Source of the DNA: a bacterium
GTDB taxonomy: Bacteria > Muiribacteriota > UBA6191
Direction: 5' to 3'
Assembly (NCBI GenBank): GCA_036339875.1
Contig: JAYZAC010000043.1
Location: 1 to 29,012, forward strand
Length of the DNA: 29,012 nucleotides
Below the pieces are notes generated by a model. It was not told where the DNA came from. It searched no databases and saw only the letters and a program-made list of their open reading frames with translations. Shown here one piece after another: positions 16,855 through 25,093 of this stretch. A program made the position numbers and the translations under genes. Positions within the stretch are counted from its first letter, which is position 1; each line of letters begins with the position of its first letter.

Positions 16855-17748
16855 CTACGCAACATTAAGAAACGCCTCGTGATAAAACTGTAATTCACGT
16901 TCCAGCTTTACCCCGGAGTTTGAATACACCTTTTCACTTACCACCTTAATTAAATCTTGAACAGATTGAGAGTCGGCTTTACCCAAATTAACAATGAAGT
17001 TTGCATGAAGAGTTGAAACTTGTGCATCTCCCATTGTGAGCCCTTTACAGCCACTCTGATCTATAAGCTGTCCGGCCGAGCTTTGCTTCGGATTCTTAAA
17101 TACACATCCGGAACTAGGATACTTAGTAGGTTGAGTTTTTTTTCTATACTCTCCCCATTCCTGAAAACGATCCTCAGGTTGCTTATCTAAGCGAAAAGCA
17201 GCCTTCGTAACAATGAATTGCCCCCGTAATTCACAATATCTATATCCAAATTGAATATCATCTCGATAAAGTCTTTTGAAACAACCATTTAATGTGAATC
17301 CTTCAACCCAATGTAGATGCTCATCCAAGTTTGAACCGAAAGCACCTGCATTATTAACCACTGACCCCCCCACGTGCCCGGGTATGTAAGCTAAAAAATC
17401 CAATGAATTTGCTTCAAACTGTCGTGCAAATTTGACCAGCTTTAAAAGTTTCACTCCAGCTGGGGCAACTAATAAATTGTCTTGAAAAGTAAGCTCACCG
17501 TAATTTGATGAAATTCTCAAAACTAAAGCTTCTAGATCATCATCACTTAACAACAAATTGCTACCATTTCCCAGGAGCATCAGTGGAAGACCACTCCTCC
17601 GCGATCTATCAAAAGCCATTTGAACATGCTCACATTTAGTTGCATCCACGAAAAACCTTGCTTTACCGCCAATTTTATATGAAGAGTAACGCCTGAGAGC
17701 TATATTTTCCTGAAAAATATTATTAAATTCATCATGAATTTTTATCAT
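16855..17748 (-). CDS. murB: UDP-N-acetylenolpyruvoylglucosamine reductase
   Basis: KIGGKA, LGNGSNLL, IPG.VGG....NAGAFG, FGYR, QP..YPSSGCVFKNP, HANFIVN and L.RE. Confidence 0.95.
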   Translation of the reverse strand: MIKIHDEFNNIFQENIALRRYSSYKIGGKARFFVDATKCEHVQMAFDRSRRSGLPLMLLGNGSNLLLSDDDLEALVLRISSNYGELTFQDNLLVAPAGVKLLKLVKFARQFEANSLDFLAYIPGHVGGSVVNNAGAFGSNLDEHLHWVEGFTLNGCFKRLYRDDIQFGYRYCELRGQFIVTKAAFRLDKQPEDRFQEWGEYRKKTQPTKYPSSGCVFKNPKQSSAGQLIDQSGCKGLTMGDAQVSTLHANFIVNLGKADSQSVQDLIKVVSEKVYSNSGVKLERELQFYHEAFLNVA

Positions 17749-18361
17749 CAGCCCCCCCCAATGACTGAAACTGAAGAAACAGGAAAACCCTAATCGCCTC
17801 TTTAGTTTGATCGGATAAATCAGAATCTCGTAATTTACTACCTATCGCCTGCTCTATTTTCTTAAATTCATTTGAACTCAACTCACCAACAACCCTTCGT
17901 GATACAGCATCTTGATATTCTTGCATGTAGTCTAGTGACATAACCGGCATTTCATAATCATACAAATTACTAGAGTAATATTGTTCAATAAAATCTTCAA
18001 TTTTCATTAGCTCAAAATAAACTATGCTGTAGAAACTATCGCGCACCCATGTTGAGGTAGGCAATTGCTTGCTGACATGCATGTAAGCCTGTAGCGATTC
18101 ATAGAGTTTACTACCGAAATGACTAACCGCCAGATGCTCCTTAATTTGAATTTCACTTGCTGTCTGAATCCAATTCAAATAGGTTTTACGAACATTTCTG
18201 AGTGTCCTTTTGACGTATATTCTTTGAAAATCCAAACTTTTTGCAGAATAATATATAGCACCATCAATGAAACTTTGTGAGAATAAAACTTTGACTATCG
18301 AAAAAGATAAAAACGATAGAAAACAATAAAAGATAAGAATTCTTTTAATTGTTAGAGGCAA
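17732..18361 (-). CDS. Hypothetical membrane-anchored helical protein inside the dcw cluster
   Basis: 209-aa ORF with an N-terminal TM; overlaps both the murC end and the murB start by 17 nt. Confidence 0.75.
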   Translation of the reverse strand: MPLTIKRILIFYCFLSFLSFSIVKVLFSQSFIDGAIYYSAKSLDFQRIYVKRTLRNVRKTYLNWIQTASEIQIKEHLAVSHFGSKLYESLQAYMHVSKQLPTSTWVRDSFYSIVYFELMKIEDFIEQYYSSNLYDYEMPVMSLDYMQEYQDAVSRRVVGELSSNEFKKIEQAIGSKLRDSDLSDQTKEAIRVFLFLQFQSLGGADDKNS

Positions 18362-19715
18362 TTTCTCTCCCCATTCGAGTTATATCTCCGGCTCCCATGG
18401 TTAGTAAAACATCTCCAGATTTAAGTTCGGGTAATATGATTTCCCTACATTCTTCTATTGAAGTTGATTCTAGGACACTAACCTTTTCAGAGCCTAGATT
18501 TAAGTCTCGATAAAGTCTCCAATGATCAACCCCTGTTATGGGAACCTCTCCCGCCGAGTAAACTGGCATTAGATATAAGAAATCAGCATCATCGAAACTC
18601 GATGCAAATTCATCCATTAGGTGCTGTAATCGAGAATATCTATGTGGCTGAAAGCAAACAACTAGCTTACCCTCTTTATTGGCCATTAATTGTCTAGCTG
18701 CTTGTAAAGTTGCAATAACTTCTGAAGGATGATGTGCATAATCGTCATAAATTTCTACACCGTTATATGTAGCCACTTTCTCAAATCTACGTTGAACACC
18801 CTGAAAAGACTCCAAACCTTCCACCAAATACTCCTTCTCAACACCAAGTAAATCACATAGGCTCAAGGCTGCTAAAGAGTTCAAAACCATATGTTTACCA
18901 GGTAATGGCAAATGTATATTGCAAAAATATTCACCATTCTTGAGAACCGTCAAGCGCGTTCCATCAAAATCTTCATTCAAGTCTACGGCTGAATAATTGT
19001 GATCCCTATTGAAACCATAAGTTATAGCCTTTTCGCCGACTTCCCTAGCTATTTTCAGCAGATTCATATCTTCGGCACACATGACCACTTTCTTCTCTGT
19101 CTGATTAGCAAACTTCAGAAAATGCTGCAAAATACTTTCAAAAGAACCATAATGATCCAAATGATCGTTATCAACGTTGGTTATTATTGAGTATTTACTG
19201 GGTAAGTGTAAGAAGCTACCGTCGCTTTCATCTGCTTCAGCCACGAGATACTTACCCTGACCAAACTTAGCATTACCTCCCACATGGGATGCTTCGCCAC
19301 CTACTACAGTGGTGGGGTCGAGTCCAGCAACGGTGAGAATACTTGAAACTAAGGACGTTGTACTCGTCTTACCATGACAGCCAGCTACCGCGATTCCTTG
19401 GCGACCTCTCATAAAAGTACCAAGCACTTCAGCTCGCTTCATAATAGGCAAGCCCTTACTTCGGGCAAATGATAATTCCTCATTTGTTTCTGGAATTGCG
19501 GAAGATACTACCACTACAGGGTCCTCAGTGATATTGCTATGGTTATGAGGGAAAGAAATTATTGCACCCTTACTTTGCAACCTATTTGTCGCCATAGATT
19601 GTTTTAGGTCTGAACCACTTACAGGGTAGCCCTGCGCTAAACAAATTTGCGCAACCCCACTCATGCCTGATCCACCTATACCAATAAAATGATACTTTTT
19701 CTTACTTGATGTCAT
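18345..19715 (-). CDS. murC: UDP-N-acetylmuramate--L-alanine ligase
   Basis: HFIGIGGSGMSG, AVAGCHGKTSTT, EADESDGSFL, DHLDHY, DDYAHHP, FQPHRYSR and MGAGDI. Confidence 0.97.
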   Translation of the reverse strand: MTSSKKKYHFIGIGGSGMSGVAQICLAQGYPVSGSDLKQSMATNRLQSKGAIISFPHNHSNITEDPVVVVSSAIPETNEELSFARSKGLPIMKRAEVLGTFMRGRQGIAVAGCHGKTSTTSLVSSILTVAGLDPTTVVGGEASHVGGNAKFGQGKYLVAEADESDGSFLHLPSKYSIITNVDNDHLDHYGSFESILQHFLKFANQTEKKVVMCAEDMNLLKIAREVGEKAITYGFNRDHNYSAVDLNEDFDGTRLTVLKNGEYFCNIHLPLPGKHMVLNSLAALSLCDLLGVEKEYLVEGLESFQGVQRRFEKVATYNGVEIYDDYAHHPSEVIATLQAARQLMANKEGKLVVCFQPHRYSRLQHLMDEFASSFDDADFLYLMPVYSAGEVPITGVDHWRLYRDLNLGSEKVSVLESTSIEECREIILPELKSGDVLLTMGAGDITRMGREIASNN

Positions 19716-19763
19716 TCAAACTCCAGGCTCTCGACGAGCAAACAATTTTGCCCTTTTGCGACT

Positions 19764-19842
19764 ACTTAGTGTCTTTATTCGACTATTTTCATACAAAAAT
19801 TGACCTTAATGTACAAATTTTAGCTGAATAAAGTCGCTAAGT
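19764..19842. repeat. Long imperfect inverted repeat in the murG-murC intergenic region
   Basis: ACTTAGTGTCTTTATTC (19764-19780) pairs with GAATAAAGTCGCTAAGT (19826-19842) at 15 of 17 positions, with further inner pairing. Confidence 0.65.
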
Positions 19843-19902
19843 TTATCACTGCGAGTCCAATATCAAAAGTCAAAAATCAGTATAACGAAGCATTTAAAAA
19901 TG

Positions 19903-20937
19903 TCAGCCCCTTGAAAGCAATTTCAGCAACTCTTCTACAACCTTGTCACATGCATCAATGGGATTCACAGAAAATTTTTCATAACAAGACGACATATCTT
20001 GAAGATTAGATTTCTGAGACCAAAATTCTTTCAAATCCAAAAGGTTATTTTGCAAAGAACTATCCTCCCAGACCAAACAGCAACCTGCCTGCTGAAGATA
20101 CTCACAATTCTTATATTGTTGCCTATCTTGATGACCTGGAAATGGAACGAATACTGCAGGTAGATTCATGGCATGAATTTCTGCAACAGTACCAGCACCT
20201 GAACGACACAGGACTAATTGAGCATTCTCATATGCAGATTGCATATCATCACAAAAAGCCTCAACCAAAACTCCATCTAAGTTATTATAATCGCGAAATT
20301 CCTCAAAATTCTTAGATCCAACGATCCAATGAATTGGGCGAATAAAACCATCTTCTACAACTTTTTGCATTAATCGATTGATGCTTTGAGCACCCTGACT
20401 AGCTCCAAAAGCTAGCAATGTAGCACCCTCTTTATTTTTTGGTCTCAGCAGTAAAGGTACTCCCAACCTAGAAACTTTCAACGAATGCTCCTCAAGTACA
20501 TCTTTGTAATTAGTGATTATTAGCCGCGCACCACCAGCGAACCAGCGATTCACTTTACCAGCAACCTTGTTTGGCTCGATCAATACATAGGGAATCCTCA
20601 AACATCGCGCCCAAAATAAACCGGGGAAAGAAGCGTAACCACCTGTACTCACTATTAAGTCCGGCTCATCAATAAAAAAATACCAAAGAGTCTCGAAGAT
20701 ACAGACCGCAATTTTGAAAATTTTTTGTACAATACTTCCTGATACGAGACGATCAAAGCAATAATAATAGGAAGGTAATTTCCTATCATGAGAATAACTT
20801 CTCTCCAATTTACCGTTAGTCAAGAGGAATCTAAATCTCAAATTCTTATGATTATTCAATTTTTGATAAATTGCATAATTAGGGGCAAGATGACCTCCAG
20901 AGCCTGCACCAAGAAACCAAATCATTCGTGAAGACAC
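19903..20937 (-). CDS. murG: Lipid II N-acetylglucosamine transferase MurG
   Basis: GAGSGGHL.P, STGGYASFP, EPN..AG..NR, FGASQGA..IN, CRSGAGTVAE and Q..N. Confidence 0.93.
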   Translation of the reverse strand: MSSRMIWFLGAGSGGHLAPNYAIYQKLNNHKNLRFRFLLTNGKLERSYSHDRKLPSYYYCFDRLVSGSIVQKIFKIAVCIFETLWYFFIDEPDLIVSTGGYASFPGLFWARCLRIPYVLIEPNKVAGKVNRWFAGGARLIITNYKDVLEEHSLKVSRLGVPLLLRPKNKEGATLLAFGASQGAQSINRLMQKVVEDGFIRPIHWIVGSKNFEEFRDYNNLDGVLVEAFCDDMQSAYENAQLVLCRSGAGTVAEIHAMNLPAVFVPFPGHQDRQQYKNCEYLQQAGCCLVWEDSSLQNNLLDLKEFWSQKSNLQDMSSCYEKFSVNPIDACDKVVEELLKLLSRG

Positions 20938-20939
20938 AA

Positions 20940-22106
20940 CTACGAATTCACTTCTTCTAGATTTAAATGTTTCTCATTCATCGGAGCACATTGAGCTGAA
21001 ATATTGAGTAAAATCCCCATTGCAGTTAAGTTTGTAATCATAGCTGAGCCTCCGTAGCTTAAAAAAGGCAATGGAACTCCTGTGGGAGGTATCAAACCTA
21101 CAACCACAGCCATATTAATTAAAACCTGCATAATTATGAAACCTGTTATACCGAAGGCAATCAATTGACCTAATCTATCTGGGGCCCTCCTAGCTATTTT
21201 CAGCCCTCGACTCATTAATAAGAAAAAGGCCAACAAAACCAACATTGCTCCGATAAAACCAAACTCCTCACCTAATACAGCAAAAATAAAATCTGTATGC
21301 TCCTCTGGTAAATAAAAAAATTTCTGACGAGATTGACCTAAACCAAGACCTTGTATACCGCCACTCCCTAAAGATATTTTCGACTGTAACACTTGATACC
21401 CAGAGCCCAACTCATGCTCTCCAGGGTTCATAAAAGCTACAACTCGTTTTAATCGATAGGGCGTGAATACTACTTGATAACTAACTACTGCAAGACCCAA
21501 TAAAAGCACTCCAGCAACTAACGATGGTCGAGAATATACGCAAAAAATCATTAAAATACCAATCAATGCGATTAGTAGCGCCGTACTCAAATCAGGCTGC
21601 ATCAAAACCAAACCAAAAATTACAACCATGTAAGCTAAATGGGGTAGAATCCTAGTTAAAAATGGCTTCTCATGTCTATGAATATCTACTAATGTTTTAG
21701 CGAGAAAGACTATGTAAAAAACTTTAAAATATTCTGAGGGCTGAATGCGAACAATCAAATCTATCCAACGTCGACCCCCGCCCGCTTCTACTCCAATACC
21801 TGGAACAAAAACAAGACAGAGCATAACCGTAAAAACGAGAACTAACCAATGAGATATTCTGGCAATATTTCGGTAATTAAAGAACATGAAAAAACCCATC
21901 GAACATAAACCGATTAATACCCTAATAACTTGACGACGAACATAGAAAAATGAATCATCAAAAGTTTGTAGAGAATGGATCGATGAAGAAGAGTAAACCA
22001 TCACTAAACCTGCGGATAACAGGAAAAAGATTAGAAACATTAGCCATTGATCGGGATAATGATACCTACTCATTTTGTGAATAGGTCTACGGTACCTTAT
22101 CTTCAC
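20940..22106 (-). CDS. ftsW: Cell division peptidoglycan polymerase FtsW
   Basis: GLVMVYSSS, RRWI, IQPSE..K, QPDLST, GYQ..QS, LPEEHTDFIF and P.TGVPLPFLSYGGS. Confidence 0.96.
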   Translation of the reverse strand: MKIRYRRPIHKMSRYHYPDQWLMFLIFFLLSAGLVMVYSSSSIHSLQTFDDSFFYVRRQVIRVLIGLCSMGFFMFFNYRNIARISHWLVLVFTVMLCLVFVPGIGVEAGGGRRWIDLIVRIQPSEYFKVFYIVFLAKTLVDIHRHEKPFLTRILPHLAYMVVIFGLVLMQPDLSTALLIALIGILMIFCVYSRPSLVAGVLLLGLAVVSYQVVFTPYRLKRVVAFMNPGEHELGSGYQVLQSKISLGSGGIQGLGLGQSRQKFFYLPEEHTDFIFAVLGEEFGFIGAMLVLLAFFLLMSRGLKIARRAPDRLGQLIAFGITGFIIMQVLINMAVVVGLIPPTGVPLPFLSYGGSAMITNLTAMGILLNISAQCAPMNEKHLNLEEVNS

Positions 22107-23320
22107 TGACGGAGAATGAAGTCCTTGAATGACTGCCCCCTCTCCTCATAACTAGCAAATTGATCTAAACTTGAGCATCCGGGACTAAGGATGAGTAAAT
22201 CGCCCCATGAGTCATAAGCTTCTAACTCACTCAATAAACGGCTCCACTGGGTAAAACATACAATGGGTAACTCCAAATCTTCGAAAGCTTCGCAGTTTTT
22301 TGCTAACTCACCGTAAATAAATAACCTTTGCAATCTATCTCTGAAGGGCATTAAACCGGTTACAAAATCAAAAACGGAGAGCCCCTTATACCTTCCTCCA
22401 ATTATTAAATTGATTGCCTTACCAGCATTTTGCTCCAAAGCAAAAAAAGTTGCTCCAGGTGTTGTAGCTTTTGAATCATTAATACATAAAAAACCATCGT
22501 TTTTAAGTATTTTTTCTTGCCTATGTGGAAGAGAATCAAATTTAAACGAACATAGATTGGAGTAATCTAACCCTAAACCTTCAAAAATAGCGGCTGCTTG
22601 AAGATAGAGTAATCTTTTTCCACGAGGAATCTCTATCCATTCACTCTGGAAATCTGCTTCTGAACAGGTTAAAGAATATGTTCTACTCTTATCAGAGTCC
22701 ACTTCTAAATCTACTGGAACCCATAAAAGCCCGCCTCGAAGAAGCTCGTGTATGCGAAACTTACTCTGCCTGTAATGCTCCAAGTCAGGGTGCCAATCCA
22801 AGTGATCAATCTCGAAGCCCGTAATAAGAGCCTGATCAAGAACTTTCTCCTTCATACTGAACAACTGAAAACTCGATAACTCAACTATTATAAAATCCCA
22901 GTCTTGAGCTATAACGGCACTTCCAGGAACTCCGATATTACCAACTAAAGCTGTTCTAAATCCCTCGGTAACAAGAAAATCATACAATAGTTTACACAAT
23001 GAAGTCTTACCGTTAGTACCAGTTACGCCAATGACTTTGGCTCCCGATGCAAGCTTAGGTAAACTATAATCAAGTTCATTACGAACATTCTGATGCTCAT
23101 GAATTTTGTGATCGGGAGCTATCCCTGGAGGCACATAAACTACATCAAAGTCATCAAGTGATACTAAATCTGAATCCCAATGATACTTTTTATCTATATA
23201 CAACAAGTCAGATTCATAGTCTGAACCAACATATAGGTGATCATAAAATTTGAGCTTATCAAACAAAGCTCGATTGGTCTTACCTAAACCATATAATAAT
23301 ATTTTGGAATTCGTAGCCAT
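22103..23320 (-). CDS. murD: UDP-N-acetylmuramoyl-L-alanine--D-glutamate ligase
   Basis: GVTGTNGKTS, GNIG.P, VELSSFQL, DHLDWH, LPHR.E, NDSKAT and LSPGCSS.DQF..YEERG. Confidence 0.94.
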   Translation of the reverse strand: MATNSKILLYGLGKTNRALFDKLKFYDHLYVGSDYESDLLYIDKKYHWDSDLVSLDDFDVVYVPPGIAPDHKIHEHQNVRNELDYSLPKLASGAKVIGVTGTNGKTSLCKLLYDFLVTEGFRTALVGNIGVPGSAVIAQDWDFIIVELSSFQLFSMKEKVLDQALITGFEIDHLDWHPDLEHYRQSKFRIHELLRGGLLWVPVDLEVDSDKSRTYSLTCSEADFQSEWIEIPRGKRLLYLQAAAIFEGLGLDYSNLCSFKFDSLPHRQEKILKNDGFLCINDSKATTPGATFFALEQNAGKAINLIIGGRYKGLSVFDFVTGLMPFRDRLQRLFIYGELAKNCEAFEDLELPIVCFTQWSRLLSELEAYDSWGDLLILSPGCSSLDQFASYEERGQSFKDFILRQ

Positions 23321-23332
23321 AGCAATCGGCCA

Positions 23333-23341
23333 ATTTTAGCA
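23333..23341 (-). promoter_or_regulatory. Extended -10 (TGcTAAAAT) upstream of murD
   Basis: TGCTAAAAT lies 12 nt before the murD ATG; no SD. Confidence 0.4.
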
Positions 23342-23453
23342 ATATAAGTCGATTTTTTGTTAGAATTTTTGGCTAAACATAAATCTATATTAGCCTATGG
23401 GCATTTTAAGCAAGATTAACAAACAGAACAAAAAGCCAAGATAATTATTACTA

Positions 23454-23846
23454 TTAACGAAATCTTCGTAGTCCGTTAGCAACCTTAAGGGTCCTAGGAC
23501 ACTTCTTGTAAATACGACATATCCTGCATTGATGTCTGTAGCTTAAACGCCTTCCTCTCTTCGAAAATTTTTCTAAATGAGGCGCAACACTCAAACGAGG
23601 ACTCATACTTACGGATAACGAAGGCCCGACACTTCCACCTGTAGGATATTTAGCCTCGTCGCTGTTTTGACTTAATCTAGAAGGTTTTATTGGTCTAAGT
23701 AGAGTCTCGGAAACCCTCTCCCTCAAAGCTTCTAAACGCTGCTGCGCTGGTCTAATATCTTCAGAAGAACTCTTTTCCAATGCAAAAACTCTCTGAGCCA
23801 TAGGTAAGCAGCACAACAATATTAAGATCTTAGTCGTATATCCCAT
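23454..23846 (-). CDS. Small exported basic protein with a C-terminal H-x-C-x2-C-x5-C motif
   Basis: Signal-peptide-like N-terminus ending VFA; RHQCRICRIYKKCP near the C-terminus. Confidence 0.6.
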   Translation of the reverse strand: MGYTTKILILLCCLPMAQRVFALEKSSSEDIRPAQQRLEALRERVSETLLRPIKPSRLSQNSDEAKYPTGGSVGPSLSVSMSPRLSVAPHLEKFSKRGRRLSYRHQCRICRIYKKCPRTLKVANGLRRFR

Positions 23847-23902
23847 GCATTAGTATTCGGGATAACATGGCATTCAGTTAAGTCATACAACAATTTATCA
23901 AC

Positions 23903-23931
23903 TTTACAAATTAAGTACTACGATTCAGAAT
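23903..23931 (+). promoter_or_regulatory. sigma70-like promoter TTTACA-17-CAGAAT, 6 nt before the acylphosphatase ATG
   Basis: Direct reading; no SD before ATG 23938. Confidence 0.4.
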
Positions 23932-23937
23932 AGTCAG

Positions 23938-24213
23938 ATGCAAAATCTTGAATGTATAAATTTTACGATTCACGGTCGGGTACAAAGAGTGGGCTTTCGC
24001 TATTTCACTCTCCAGATTGCACAACAATTAAAACTGACTGGTTTTGTAAAAAATTCAGAAAATGGTACCGTTACCGGAACAGTTGCCGGAGAAAAATCAA
24101 ACCTACAAGTTTTTTTTGAAGAAATTCGTAAAGGGCCACCACTGTCGCGAGTCGATACGATTTTTACGGAACCAGGTAATTATAAAGAACTAGAACCTTT
24201 CACTGTAAAATAA
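23938..24213 (+). CDS. acyP: Acylphosphatase
   Basis: GRVQ.VGFRY, L.GFVKN..NGTV and GPP.SRV motifs; 91 aa. Confidence 0.92.
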   Translation: MQNLECINFTIHGRVQRVGFRYFTLQIAQQLKLTGFVKNSENGTVTGTVAGEKSNLQVFFEEIRKGPPLSRVDTIFTEPGNYKELEPFTVK

Positions 24214-24243
24214 TACCTGAGCCCTAAACCAGAAGGAGCCAAC

Positions 24244-25089
24244 TTGAGCGAGGACACAAATTCCAAAGAAACGAAACACTTCACCAGAGATTTCGGCCCA
24301 TTATTAGAGAGGAAACAGCAGGAACTAGTTCGTAGAAAGCAAGACCAACCTCTTGAAACGATGTTTCATAAAGTACAACGAAACACCACTGACTTAAAAT
24401 TAGCCGCCTCTAAATGTGGAGGTCTCGGCATCATATTAGACTGGAATCCTGCCATTCACCCTGAAGTCGAAACTGTTTTACCTCGAAATTTTCCCGAACA
24501 AGCAAATAAAATTTTAGCGGTATCAACCCCGACCGATAAACTTCATCTTAAAGGTAGCGCTGACAATCTCACAAAGATAAGTGAAAATGATTTATGCTTA
24601 CCGACACTGCAACATGACCTCATTATTGACCCTTACCAAATCTATCATTCACGCTATTATGGAGCTCATTATATTTCACTTTTCCCAGGAACCATATCAG
24701 ATAATGATTTACTAACTCTATTTCTACTGAGCCGTCAGCACGGAATGGCGCCAATAATGCACGTAAGCAATTCTAAGGAGCTGGACAAAGCTCTGAATAC
24801 TCCAGTTCAGTTCTTATGCTTATCCGAAACTGACTACTTTGGCAATAAATTAGACATTGAAGAAATAAGAGATATTGTTGAGGAAATTCCGCAAGAACGT
24901 ATGGTTATATGCAAATTAGACGATTGGTCACCTGAGAAAATTGAAATCCTTTGGGATGCTGAGATAAACTTTTGTTGGGTGCAATACCCTGAATCGACTC
25001 GTAATCTTAATCGCTTGATGTCTATTATTTCGAGCTATGATGAATGTAAAGATGAAACAGATGAGGAGAATGGTTCAACTCAAAACTAA
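24244..25089 (+). CDS. Indole-3-glycerol-phosphate synthase (TrpC)-like TIM-barrel protein lacking catalytic residues
   Basis: LPTLQHDLIIDPYQIY.SR..GA..I.L aligns with the TrpC signature LP.LRKDFI.D.YQI.EAR..GAD..LL; also GM......V....EL..AL. AAGGAG SD before the TTG. Confidence 0.82.
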   Translation: MSEDTNSKETKHFTRDFGPLLERKQQELVRRKQDQPLETMFHKVQRNTTDLKLAASKCGGLGIILDWNPAIHPEVETVLPRNFPEQANKILAVSTPTDKLHLKGSADNLTKISENDLCLPTLQHDLIIDPYQIYHSRYYGAHYISLFPGTISDNDLLTLFLLSRQHGMAPIMHVSNSKELDKALNTPVQFLCLSETDYFGNKLDIEEIRDIVEEIPQERMVICKLDDWSPEKIEILWDAEINFCWVQYPESTRNLNRLMSIISSYDECKDETDEENGSTQN

Positions 25090-25093
25090 ACTT

